Shown: one piece after another, positions 53,616 through 62,786 of the stretch | Position numbering within the stretch: position 1 is the stretch's first letter | Layout of the letters: each line of letters starts with the position of its first letter | Assembly (NCBI GenBank): GCA_052279835.1 | Contig: CP181291.1 | Span: forward strand, 2,528,001 to 2,592,000 | Source: Microcoleus sp. | GTDB taxonomy: Bacteria; Cyanobacteriota; Cyanobacteriia; Cyanobacteriales; Microcoleaceae | Direction of reading: 5' to 3' | Length of the DNA: 64,000 nt | The notes under the pieces: model-generated | What the model was told of the DNA's origin: nothing | Database searches by the model: none | The model's input: only the letters and a program-made list of their open reading frames with translations | Position numbers and translations under genes: made by a program

Positions 53616-54107
53616 ATGGCCGCCAGTTATTCCTTTGATATTGTGAGCGACTTCGACCGTCAAGAATTAGTTAATGCTGTTGACCAAACAACACGGGAAA
53701 TTCAAAGTCGCTACGACCTGAAAGACACCAAAACCACCGTGGAATTAGGTGCTGAATCCATTATTGTCAATACCGACAGTGAATTTACATTGGATGCAAT
53801 TCACACTGTTTTGCAAACTAAATCTGCCAAACGCAATTTGTCTCTGAAAATTTTTGATTATGGCAAAATTGAAGCTGCTAGTAACAGTCGGGTTCGGCAA
53901 GAAATTAAACTAAAAAAAGGGATTGACCAGGAAATTGCCAAAAAAATTACTAAATTAATTCGAGATGAATTTAAAAAGATTCAAGGATCGATTCAAGGCG
54001 ATGCGGTGCGGGTTTCTGCCAAGGATAAAGATGATTTGCAGTTGGTAATTCAACGATTGAAGCAAGAAGATTACCCCGTAGCTTTGCAGTTTACCAATTA
54101 TAGGTAA
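53616..54107 (+). CDS. yajQ: YajQ-family nucleotide/c-di-GMP-binding protein
   Basis: [28 protein letters not shown]. Confidence 0.92.
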   Translation: MAASYSFDIVSDFDRQELVNAVDQTTREIQSRYDLKDTKTTVELGAESIIVNTDSEFTLDAIHTVLQTKSAKRNLSLKIFDYGKIEAASNSRVRQEIKLKKGIDQEIAKKITKLIRDEFKKIQGSIQGDAVRVSAKDKDDLQLVIQRLKQEDYPVALQFTNYR

Positions 54108-54153
54108 AATTTTGAAAGCTAACTCAAAGATACAATTGAGATCTAGCCGGATT

Positions 54154-55245
54154 TTAGTTACCCACCAATTCCCTAACCAAATTAGCCAAACGCTCTGCAC
54201 TGTCTGTCACAGCTAATTGAGCAGCAGCTTGGGACATTTTTGCCAAATATTGAGTGTCGCTAAGTAAATGTAAAACTTTACTTTGCAAAATATCGGCAGT
54301 CAATTCACTTTGACGAAATACCAAAGCCGCTCCCGAAGCGGCAAACACTTCGGCATTAAAACTTTGGTGGTTGTCCGCGGCGAAAGGAAAAGGAATTAAA
54401 ATAGCAGGCATTCCCGTCACTGCTAATTCTGTCATAGCACTAGCACCCGATCGACTAATTGCTAAATTTGCCCGGTGCAATAAACCAGCCACATTATCAT
54501 AAAATGGCATCGATATATATTGTGCGTGCTGCAAACTTTCAGCATCCGGGTCATTATTTCCGGTGAGGTGAACTACCCAAGCACCCGCATCAAACCAAGC
54601 AGGAGCACACTGTCTCACTAACTGATTAACTGCGACAGCACCTTGAGAGCCACCCATAACTAAAATTACAGGTACGTTGTCAGGAATTGGTAAATTGAGA
54701 GGTTCGCGAGTCAGGAATTGCGATCGCACCGGCGTACCAGCAAACACTGTTTTGGCGCGGGGTAAATACTGGGCTGCGGCCTCAAACCCGATCGCCACTG
54801 CACTGCAAATAGGACTAAACCAACGAGTCACCTTACCCGGAAAAACATTAGATTCGTGAAGAATTACCGGCAAACCCAAAGAGCGAGCGGCCAAAATTGC
54901 CGGTGCTGCGATGTAACCTCCGGTAGTAAATACTCCCTGAAAATTTCCCTGTTTGAGCAATCGGCGCACTTGGAGAATCGAGCTGGCGAGACCACCTAAA
55001 ATTCTCACTGTACCGAGTCCCAATCGCTGCTGAAAGCCTTCAACGGCGATGGTGTGGAGGGGGTAAAGGGAGGGGACTAACTGAGTCTCCATGCGGTCGG
55101 GAACTCCCAGCCATTCGATGTGACAGTCATGCAACTGTTGAGCGGTGGCGATCGCCGGAAATAAATGTCCTCCTGTGCCACTAGCTGCAATCAACAACCG
55201 GATAGGGGATTTAGTCAAGGTATTTGTCTCGGTTACAAGTTCCAC
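54154..55245 (-). CDS. murG: Lipid II GlcNAc transferase
   Basis: SGTGGHLFP, GGYIA, HESN, GGSQGA, SRSGA, DNHQSFNA. Confidence 0.95.
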   Translation of the reverse strand: MELVTETNTLTKSPIRLLIAASGTGGHLFPAIATAQQLHDCHIEWLGVPDRMETQLVPSLYPLHTIAVEGFQQRLGLGTVRILGGLASSILQVRRLLKQGNFQGVFTTGGYIAAPAILAARSLGLPVILHESNVFPGKVTRWFSPICSAVAIGFEAAAQYLPRAKTVFAGTPVRSQFLTREPLNLPIPDNVPVILVMGGSQGAVAVNQLVRQCAPAWFDAGAWVVHLTGNNDPDAESLQHAQYISMPFYDNVAGLLHRANLAISRSGASAMTELAVTGMPAILIPFPFAADNHQSFNAEVFAASGAALVFRQSELTADILQSKVLHLLSDTQYLAKMSQAAAQLAVTDSAERLANLVRELVGN

Positions 55246-55428
55246 AGCTCGATCGATTTTGGGTTTAAGGTTTTAGATTATTATGCTGATTTTTCCGGCA
55301 GTTTCAGCCAATTTCCCATCAGCCATCTAAAATTAGATAGTGCCGTGTTCCGCTCAGTTGTCAGTCTTTGTTGCAGGCGAACCATTGTCCGCTTCGCGAC
55401 CCCTGACAAATAACCAAATTATCATCTA

Positions 55429-56347
55429 ATGCGTAATTTTTTGAATTTAGTGCCAAGTGTATCTCAGTATTGGACCAGCGATCGGCCCAAAAAAGCCGAT
55501 CGCCGGTACATCCGCCTGTCGGCTCCCCTGAGCGTAGTCGAAAGCTCGATCGCCCCTTTGTTGATATGTTTGACAGTTCTCAGTAGTAGCATACTGCATC
55601 CTGCCCAGGCCAGAGCCCAAGGAGTGCGGGAGATGAATCCAAGAGTACAAGCTCAAACCCCTACAGCGGCACCGGCTGAATTGACAAAACTGCTAACGGA
55701 AATTGACGCAGCGGCAAATCGTCGCGATGTCAAAGCAGTAATGGCATTTTATGGTCAAAATTTCACTCATTCTGACGGATTTAACAGTCAGAAGATGGAA
55801 ACAGCATTAACTCAACTTTGGCAGCGCTATCCCAGTTTAAATTACAGCACAGAGCTCAAATCTTGGAAAGCCGAAGGCAGCGCGATTGTTGCTGAAACCG
55901 TGACTACAATCGCCGGCACTCAGAAAAAAGACGGCAGAGACTTAACTCTCAAAGCTACTATTCGTTCTCAGCAACACTTTGAAGGTCAAAAAATAGTCAA
56001 ACAAGAGATTTTAGCAGAACAAACTCAGCTCAGTTTCTGGCAAAAATCCTCCCACGATTCAAGTGAACTTGCCAGAGCAAGTTAAGGTGGGTGAAGACTA
56101 CCATTTTGATGCAATTGTTCGAGAGCCGATCGGGGATGACATTTTAATAGGAACTGTGGTGGAAGCACCAGTCGGCGAGCAAACATCCATCAAGCCCCCA
56201 CAAGTCGATTTAGAGTTGTTGAATTCCGGGGGGATTTTTAAAATAGGTAAAGCTCCAGCCACACCGGAAAATCGCTTGGTTTCAGCAGTATTGATGCGAC
56301 AAGGTGGTATAACCACAGTCACTGTGCGCTTGCGAGTTGTCAAATAA
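55429..56347 (+). pseudogene. NTF2/SnoaL-like secreted protein, frameshifted at 56034-56036
   Basis: Removing one T from AGTTTCT joins the ORFs as ...TQLSSGKNPPTIQVNLPEQVKVG. Confidence 0.75.
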
Positions 56348-56351
56348 ATAT

Positions 56352-56430
56352 GTTATTGGTTATTGGTAACAGGTTATTGGGAAAAACCAACAACTAACAA
56401 CTAATAACTAATAACTAATAACTAATAATT
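56352..56430. repeat. Inverted STRR heptamer tracts
   Basis: GTTATTG repeats, then AATAACT repeats. Confidence 0.7.
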
Positions 56431-56440
56431 AATAAGAAAA

Positions 56441-57223
56441 ATGATTTCTCTCCAAAATCAAATTGTTTTAATTACCGGTGCCAGTAGCGGTATCGGAGCA
56501 GCCTGTGCCAAGATATTTGCTAGGGGTGGCGCTAAACTAATTTTAGCCGCGCGGCGCATCGACAAGCTCGATAGACTGGCAAAGGAACTGGTAGAAACCG
56601 GAGTAATAGCATCGGCAAACCAAATTTATTTGCTAGAGTTAGACGTGCGCGATCGCCCAAAAGTCGAATCGGCTATAGATACACTACCCGAAGCTTGGAA
56701 AGCGATCGATATTTTGATTAACAATGCCGGCTTAAGTCGAGGCTTAGACAAACTGCACGAAGGGAAATTTCAAGACTGGGAAGAAATGATTGATACCAAT
56801 GTAAAAGGCTTGCTTTACATGACTCGCTACATCGTACCTGGAATGGTAAATCGATCTCGCGGTCACGTAATCAATATTGGTTCCATTGCAGGTCGGGAAA
56901 CCTACCCAAAAGGCAATGTTTATTGTGCTACCAAAGCGGCGGTAAAAGCAATTTCCGAAGGGTTAAAACAAGACCTATTAGGAACACCAGTCCGAGTAAC
57001 ACAGATAGAACCAGGTTTAGTGGAAACAGAATTTAGCAATGTCAGGTTTCACGGCGACGCAGAAAAAGCAAAAAATGTCTACCAAGGATTAACACCCCTG
57101 ACTGGTGATGATGTAGCCGATGTCGTGTATTTTTGTGCAACGCGATCGCCCCACGTTAATATTAGCGAAATTTTGCTAGTTCCCACAGACCAAGCCACTG
57201 CAACCCTAGTTCACCGAAAATAG
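56441..57223 (+). CDS. YdfG-like SDR oxidoreductase
   Basis: TGASSGIG, NNAG, YCATK, EPGLVETEFSNVRF. Confidence 0.9.
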   Translation: MISLQNQIVLITGASSGIGAACAKIFARGGAKLILAARRIDKLDRLAKELVETGVIASANQIYLLELDVRDRPKVESAIDTLPEAWKAIDILINNAGLSRGLDKLHEGKFQDWEEMIDTNVKGLLYMTRYIVPGMVNRSRGHVINIGSIAGRETYPKGNVYCATKAAVKAISEGLKQDLLGTPVRVTQIEPGLVETEFSNVRFHGDAEKAKNVYQGLTPLTGDDVADVVYFCATRSPHVNISEILLVPTDQATATLVHRK

Positions 57224-57246
57224 TTTGGATGTTTGACTGAGGATTT

Positions 57247-57252
57247 TCCGGA
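57247..57252 (+). promoter_or_regulatory. DIF1-type TCCGGA motif separated from its transcript by the IS
   Basis: With the IS and one direct repeat removed, it lies at -35..-30 of GGTAGATG (58954). Confidence 0.6.
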
Positions 57253-57260
57253 TCTAAATA

Positions 57261-58926
57261 GGGCTTGCTGAATAATCGATCGCACTTGACGTGGCATGGA
57301 TTAAGAACTGGTGCGATCGACAGTCAGGTGCAAAAAAAACAGGTAAAATAGATCAAAACTCGTGCATCACCATCTGCGATCGTGTATCGAAAAGCTGAGC
57401 TTGCTCACCCCTCACCCTCCGACTTTGAACTCCCCTCATGTGGAAAGTTGTCAGCAGATAACCGTTGGGTAAAAATGGCCCAAATAATCCCGTGGTCTGA
57501 ATTTGAATCAGAATATGCGGCCAACTTCCCCACAGAAAAGGGGGCTCCTGCTAAATGCTTTAGGATGGCATTGGGGGCATTAATTATTAAAGAAAAATTA
57601 GGAATTAGCGATCGTGAAACAGTAGAACAGATCCGTGAAAACCCCTATCTGCAATACTTCATCGGTCAATCAAGCTACAGCAACGAACTCGCATTTGACC
57701 CATCACTCTTAGTACACTTTCGGCAACGAATTAGTCCCAATCTAATTAATCAAGTGAACGAACGCATGGTCAAAAAAATGCGAGAACTCACGCCAGTCAA
57801 ACCTGAAAAAAAAAAGGATCCGGACGCCAAAAATGAGTTATCCAATCGCGGCCAATTGATCGTAGATGCAACCTGCGCCCCAGCCGACATTAGTTATCCG
57901 ACCGACTTAGGACTATTAAACAGAGCCAGAGTTCATACAGAAAAAATCCTAGACATTCTGTATAAACAAATTAAAGAAAACACCACTAAAAAACCAAGAA
58001 CCTACCGTAATCTAGCGAGGAAAGACTACTTAGCAGTAGCCAAACAACGACGACCGACCAAAAACAAAAAAAGACAAGCAATTAAAAAACAACTTCAATA
58101 CATAAAAAGAAACCTAGCTCATATTGAACAGCTAATCGATTCAGGTGCGAGCCTAGAAGCTCTGAATAAAAAGCAATATAAAACCTTGTTAGTCCTGACA
58201 GAGGTCTATCGCCAACAGCAATGGTTATTTGACAATAATAAACAGAGTATTGAGGATAGAATAGTAAGTTTAAGCCAACCCCATATCCGTCCCATAGTCA
58301 GAGGAAAAGCAGGAAAAAGCGTAGAATTTGGAGCCAAAATATCAGCCAGTTGTTTTGAGGGATATGTATTTTTAGACCGGATGAGCTGGGATAACTTTAA
58401 CGAATCAGGGGACTTAAAAACACAAGTAGAAGCATATCATAAATTCACAGGGTATTATCCAGAGTCAGTTCATGCAGATCGCATTTACCGAAATCGGGAA
58501 AACCGAGCATGGTGTAAAGAAAAAGGCATTAGGCTGAGTGGGCCGCCATTAGGAAGACCGCCAGCAAATGTGAGTAAATCAAAAAAGAGGCAAGCGTTGG
58601 AAGATGAGAGGATTAGAAATGCCATTGAGGGCAAGTTTGGGCAAGGAAAACGAAGATTCGGTCTCAATCGAGTGATGGCAAAACTTGATAATACATCTGG
58701 TACAGTTATTGCAATTACTTTTTTGGTAATGAACCTTGCTACCTGGTGGCGCCGGGTTTTTTGTGTGTTTTTATGTCTATTTGGAAAAAGAACACCTGTT
58801 TTTGGCTTGAATATAATCTACAATTATAACTGGGTGGAATCAATGCCGAAACAACTTATAGTTAACTCTGCTTGAATATATCGATCGCTCCTGCTCTTGG
58901 TTGGCGATCGATTATTCAGCAAACCC
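57261..58926 (+). mobile_element. IS5-family insertion sequence, copy 2 (1666 bp)
   Basis: Same IRs as copy 1; direct repeat TAAATA at 57255-57260 and 58927-58932. Confidence 0.93.
57382..58875 (+). CDS. IS5-family DDE transposase
   Basis: Same 497-aa sequence as 32395-33888. Confidence 0.93.
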   Translation: MYRKAELAHPSPSDFELPSCGKLSADNRWVKMAQIIPWSEFESEYAANFPTEKGAPAKCFRMALGALIIKEKLGISDRETVEQIRENPYLQYFIGQSSYSNELAFDPSLLVHFRQRISPNLINQVNERMVKKMRELTPVKPEKKKDPDAKNELSNRGQLIVDATCAPADISYPTDLGLLNRARVHTEKILDILYKQIKENTTKKPRTYRNLARKDYLAVAKQRRPTKNKKRQAIKKQLQYIKRNLAHIEQLIDSGASLEALNKKQYKTLLVLTEVYRQQQWLFDNNKQSIEDRIVSLSQPHIRPIVRGKAGKSVEFGAKISASCFEGYVFLDRMSWDNFNESGDLKTQVEAYHKFTGYYPESVHADRIYRNRENRAWCKEKGIRLSGPPLGRPPANVSKSKKRQALEDERIRNAIEGKFGQGKRRFGLNRVMAKLDNTSGTVIAITFLVMNLATWWRRVFCVFLCLFGKRTPVFGLNIIYNYNWVESMPKQLIVNSA

Positions 58927-58953
58927 TAAATAGCATCCCTAGGAAAGTAGATA

Positions 58954-60266
58954 GGTAGATGCACCCTGATTGATTGATAACTCCCGACCAAATATGGCCG
59001 GGTTTTTTGTCTATGACAGCCACAGCGCCAAACATATCCGTCCCTCTGCGGTCAAAAAATCAAATTCATCCTGAACATCCCTCCAGCCCATGAAAAGTAA
59101 ATAAAGATGCACCCTGATTAATAACCCCAGCCAAATTTGGCCGGGGTTTTTTTTGTCTACTAATATCAAATCCGGTAGCATCTGAATTATTCATCTCTCT
59201 ATTCTCGGACTCTGTGTCCTCTGCGGTTAATATCAAATCCGTTGACATCGGAATTATTATTTCTCTCTTCTCTTTCTCTGTGTCCTCTGTGTTCTCTGTG
59301 GTTTAATCATTCCGATACAACCGGAAACGATATAACTCCCGACCAAATTTGGCCGGTTTTTTTTGTCTAGTACAACCCCAGCGCCAAACCTCCGCGCCCT
59401 TCTCCGGTGAAAAAATCAAATTCATCCTGAAAGAGGTCTGAACATACCGGAGACTATATTAGTAGATGCACCCTGATTAATTAACTCCCGACCAAATTTG
59501 GCCGGGTTTTTTTTTGTCTACTAAAGCCACAGCGCCAAATATCTCCGTCCCTCGGCGGTGCAAAAAATCAAATTCATCCTGAAAGAGGTCTGAACATACC
59601 GGAGACTATATTAGTAGATGCACCCTGATTAATTAACTCCCGACCAAATTTGGCCGGGTTTTTTTTGTCGATGACAGCCACAGCGCCAAAAATCTGAGTC
59701 CCTAGGATGTAAAAAAAATCAAATTCATCCTGAAAGAGGTCGGAACATACCGGAGACTATATTAGTAGATGCACCCTGATTAATTAACTCCCGACCAAAT
59801 TTGGCCGGGTTTTTTTTGTCTACTAAAGCCCCAGCGCCAAATATCTGCGTCCCTCTGCCGTAAAAAAATCAAATTCATCCTGAAAGAGGTCGGAACCTAC
59901 CGGAAACTTGATAAGTAGATGCACCCTGATTAATTAACTCCCGACCAAATTTGGCCGGGTTTTTTTGTCTACTAAAGCCCCAGCGCCAAACATCTGCGTC
60001 CCTCGGCGGTGAAAAAAATCAAATTCATCCTGAAAGAGGTCTGAACATACCGGAGACTATATTAGTAGATGCACCCTGATTAATTAACTCCCGACCAAAT
60101 TTGGCCGGGTTTTTTTTGTCTACTAAAGCCACAGCGCCAAACATCCGCGTCCTTCTGCCGTAAAAAAATCAAATTCATCCTGAAAGATGTCAGAACCTAC
60201 CGGAAACTTGATAAGTAGATGCACCCTGATTAATAACCCCAGCCAAATTTGGCCGGGGTTTTTTTT
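58954..60266 (+). ncRNA. Tandem array of NsiR1-like small RNAs (about 55 nt; 8 complete copies, 1 truncated)
   Basis: Copies at about 58954, 59102, 59333 (3' part only), 59461, 59613, 59764, 59914, 60064, 60214; each (GT)AGATGCACCCTGATT..AAC + hairpin + T-run, with TCC(G/T)GA about 35 nt upstream. Confidence 0.75.
59163..59332. mobile_element. MITE-like family A insertion (two partial copies) in the sRNA array
   Basis: ATATCAAATCCG at 59163 and 59230; ends CCGGAAACGATAT. Confidence 0.75.
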
Positions 60267-60348
60267 GTCTAGGACAGCCAAGACGATTTTTCAAAGAAAG
60301 TGGGTTTTTTGCGTCTACGACTGTTTGCCATCGAAGGAATCGTTTAGC

Positions 60349-60570
60349 CTAAAGCACTTCAAAAGACTGCACCTCAAGCACAGGCCCGATCATCGCAAAA
60401 GTCATAATGTCCTTACGCACCAAACCTTTGACACGGACTTTCAAACCCTCTTTTTTCAGTTCAGAAGAAGCATCCTTAAGTTCATAAGTTTCCCCATCTT
60501 CGCCCACCAAGGCCCAAGTACCTGGTCCCAAGCCTTGGCGTTCAATTACACCCTTGACTGTAATACTCAT
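60349..60570 (-). CDS. Small conserved hypothetical protein
   Basis: MSITVKGVIERQGLGPGTWALV...MIGPVLEV; start overlaps the peptidase stop. Confidence 0.75.
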   Translation of the reverse strand: MSITVKGVIERQGLGPGTWALVGEDGETYELKDASSELKKEGLKVRVKGLVRKDIMTFAMIGPVLEVQSFEVL

Positions 60571-62336
60571 GCTGACTGAACCTCTGTTTTAATTGCTAAA
60601 CGTGCTAGCCCGAAACATAGAAAAGCATTGACAATTAAAAATGTTTGTGCTACTAAACCTGTTCCCAATCCCCAAACACTGGGAGACACAAAAGCATTGA
60701 CTGCTAAACTGCTAGCAAAGCCGATCGATGTGGCGATCGCAATCCACTTCCACTGTGGATGTCCCAACAGCAACACAATTAAAATCCCAGGAATCAACAC
60801 ACTAGCAAAGATTGGATTCAGGATACTACTGCCATTAATTGCGCCACCAAGTTCGGGAATAGAACTGCCCATCACCCGCAGCGGCCATTGCGGGAGGTCA
60901 AATACAAACAAATTTCTTAGGAAAAAGAACCCAGAACTACCAGCCATCAAACCGCCCGAAAAACCCCAAGTCCACTGGAATGGGAAATAGTTCCGCAACA
61001 AGAAAGCCAGCAGATAGGAACCGAGCACCATTGCAATCTTAGGTAACAGCGCCACAGCACCGCCATCGATCCAGAAATGGGGACTGAGATAGCCATTGTC
61101 ATGCAACCAGCGGAAGAAATCGCGGAAGTTGATTTGACCTTTGTGGGCTAGCTGAACAGCCGCGGCGGCGTCGAGGTTTCCGGCACCAAAATGGTTGAGG
61201 GGGTCTTCGCCCACAACTCGCGCCGATTGTAAAAGTACGCTGCGAATTTGGTCTGGTTCTTGGATACCGGAGGCTTTGATCAGGGCTGCAACGGCGGCAA
61301 CGTGGGGAGATGCCATGCTTGTACCTTGGTAGCCTTCAAAAATTTCTGCACCAGTTTCTGGGTCGATCGTACTTTGGAGAATTTTCCCAGTTTCAGAACC
61401 ACCGGGGGCTGAAATGTCAACTCCCGCGCCGAAATTGGAGTAAGAAGCTTTTTCGTCGTCCGGGCCGAGGGCAGAAACGCCGATGACGTGGGGATAGCGG
61501 GCTGGATAGGAGGCGGAACTATCGCCCGAATTGCCGGCGGCTGCGATGACGACAACGCCTTTACTGTGGGCGTAGTCGATCGCCTCTGCCATTAACTGAC
61601 TTTCGCCACCGCCACCGAGACTCATGTTAATCACATCCGCCCCATTATCCGCCGCAAATTTGATGGCTTCAGCGATGTCAGAAACCGTACCGCCACCACT
61701 ACCACCCAAGACTTTTAGTGGCATTAAGGCTGCTTCGTAAGCAATACCAGCAACACCGTAATTGTTGTTAGTTGATTGGGCGACTGTACCGGCGACGTGA
61801 GTACCGTGGCCGTTGTCATCGAAGGCTTCGGCGCGATCGTTTACAAAGTCGTAGCCCGGTACAAATTTGGTTTCTTTTAAGTCCGTAACTGGGGAGATTC
61901 CCGTATCAATTATCGCTACTGTTGTGCCACTGCCTTTGGTTTCGTTCCAGGCAGATTCTACATTGATGCTGCGGAGATTCCACTGTTTGTTATACATGGG
62001 GTCGTTGGGAATCTCGAAAGCGCTGTAAACGTAGTTTGGTTCAATGTATTCGGTATCTTTAGCCAAATTTGATTTTTTCAGGGCATTTAACAAATTGCGA
62101 TCGCCCTTGACAACATACACATTATCCTGTTGGGAAAACTCGCTATTGAGTTGGGGATTGACGTGGTACTTGTTGGCGATCGCCTCTACTTGTTTGACAA
62201 TCTCAACAGCACCAACATCTTCGCGGAAATCCAGCAAAATAGAATCATAGGTCCCTTGAGTCGCCAATCCTGGGAAACTAGAAATTGCCCAGCCGAGTCC
62301 GATAAAAAATAAGCACAGAACGAAAAACTTTTTCAT
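60567..62336 (-). CDS. S8 subtilisin-family peptidase with C-terminal membrane domain
   Basis: IIDTG, HGTHVAG, AAAGN, GTSMASPHVA; signal MKKFFVL. Confidence 0.92.
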   Translation of the reverse strand: MKKFFVLCLFFIGLGWAISSFPGLATQGTYDSILLDFREDVGAVEIVKQVEAIANKYHVNPQLNSEFSQQDNVYVVKGDRNLLNALKKSNLAKDTEYIEPNYVYSAFEIPNDPMYNKQWNLRSINVESAWNETKGSGTTVAIIDTGISPVTDLKETKFVPGYDFVNDRAEAFDDNGHGTHVAGTVAQSTNNNYGVAGIAYEAALMPLKVLGGSGGGTVSDIAEAIKFAADNGADVINMSLGGGGESQLMAEAIDYAHSKGVVVIAAAGNSGDSSASYPARYPHVIGVSALGPDDEKASYSNFGAGVDISAPGGSETGKILQSTIDPETGAEIFEGYQGTSMASPHVAAVAALIKASGIQEPDQIRSVLLQSARVVGEDPLNHFGAGNLDAAAAVQLAHKGQINFRDFFRWLHDNGYLSPHFWIDGGAVALLPKIAMVLGSYLLAFLLRNYFPFQWTWGFSGGLMAGSSGFFFLRNLFVFDLPQWPLRVMGSSIPELGGAINGSSILNPIFASVLIPGILIVLLLGHPQWKWIAIATSIGFASSLAVNAFVSPSVWGLGTGLVAQTFLIVNAFLCFGLARLAIKTEVQSA

Positions 62337-62555
62337 GCCAATGATCCTTGTAGGGAAGGCTTGCTCACCACCATAACCCAATTTTAACCCCTTGTCATTG
62401 GCACCAACAGCTATCAATTTGCGATGAGGGAATTAAACCCGCAGAAGCTGCTAGTTTACCAGCATTGCTGTATTCGGTTAAGTTTCCCCTGACATAAATC
62501 TAAAATTTAAAATAGTTTCAAAAGCGCGATCTATTTCCAGCGATCGGTCAAATAA

Positions 62556-62690
62556 TAAGTAAGTCCACCTAATTAAATGCAAGATCCAAATCGCTCAAAA
62601 GCTTACTGGCTTGCTATTCTTCACATCGATCTTCTTCCTGAATTTCCCCCCTTGGGAGGGGTAGGGGGGGTGACTTCTTCCTTCTACTTA
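62556..62690. mobile_element. MITE-like family B copy (reverse orientation)
   Basis: TAAGTAAGTCCACCTAATTAAA...CTTCTACTTA. Confidence 0.75.
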
Positions 62691-62704
62691 AAAAAATATT
62701 TGAA

Positions 62705-62778
62705 ATTTTAGGTGGCTTGATGCCACCTAAAATCAGTCGTCTAGTATTCCCATTCAGTTTAAGAACGGGAATACTAGA
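62705..62778. terminator. Two stem-loops downstream of the RTX gene
   Basis: ATTTTAGGTGGC/GCCACCTAAAAT and TCTAGTATTCCC/GGGAATACTAGA. Confidence 0.6.
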
Positions 62779-62786
62779 GCAATGGG

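Noticed and set aside
32344..58926. Composite transposon bounded by the two IS copies
   Set aside because: Each copy has its own matching target duplication and the interval holds core genes
59420..59480. Peptides in array units (MHPD*, IHPERGLNIPETILVDAP*)
   Set aside because: No consistent start or RBS, and homopolymer length changes break frames between units
58954..60266. CRISPR array or type III toxin-antitoxin repeats
   Set aside because: Units are about 150 bp, the variable parts are related to each other rather than unique spacers, every unit has a terminator, and no cas or toxin gene is adjacent
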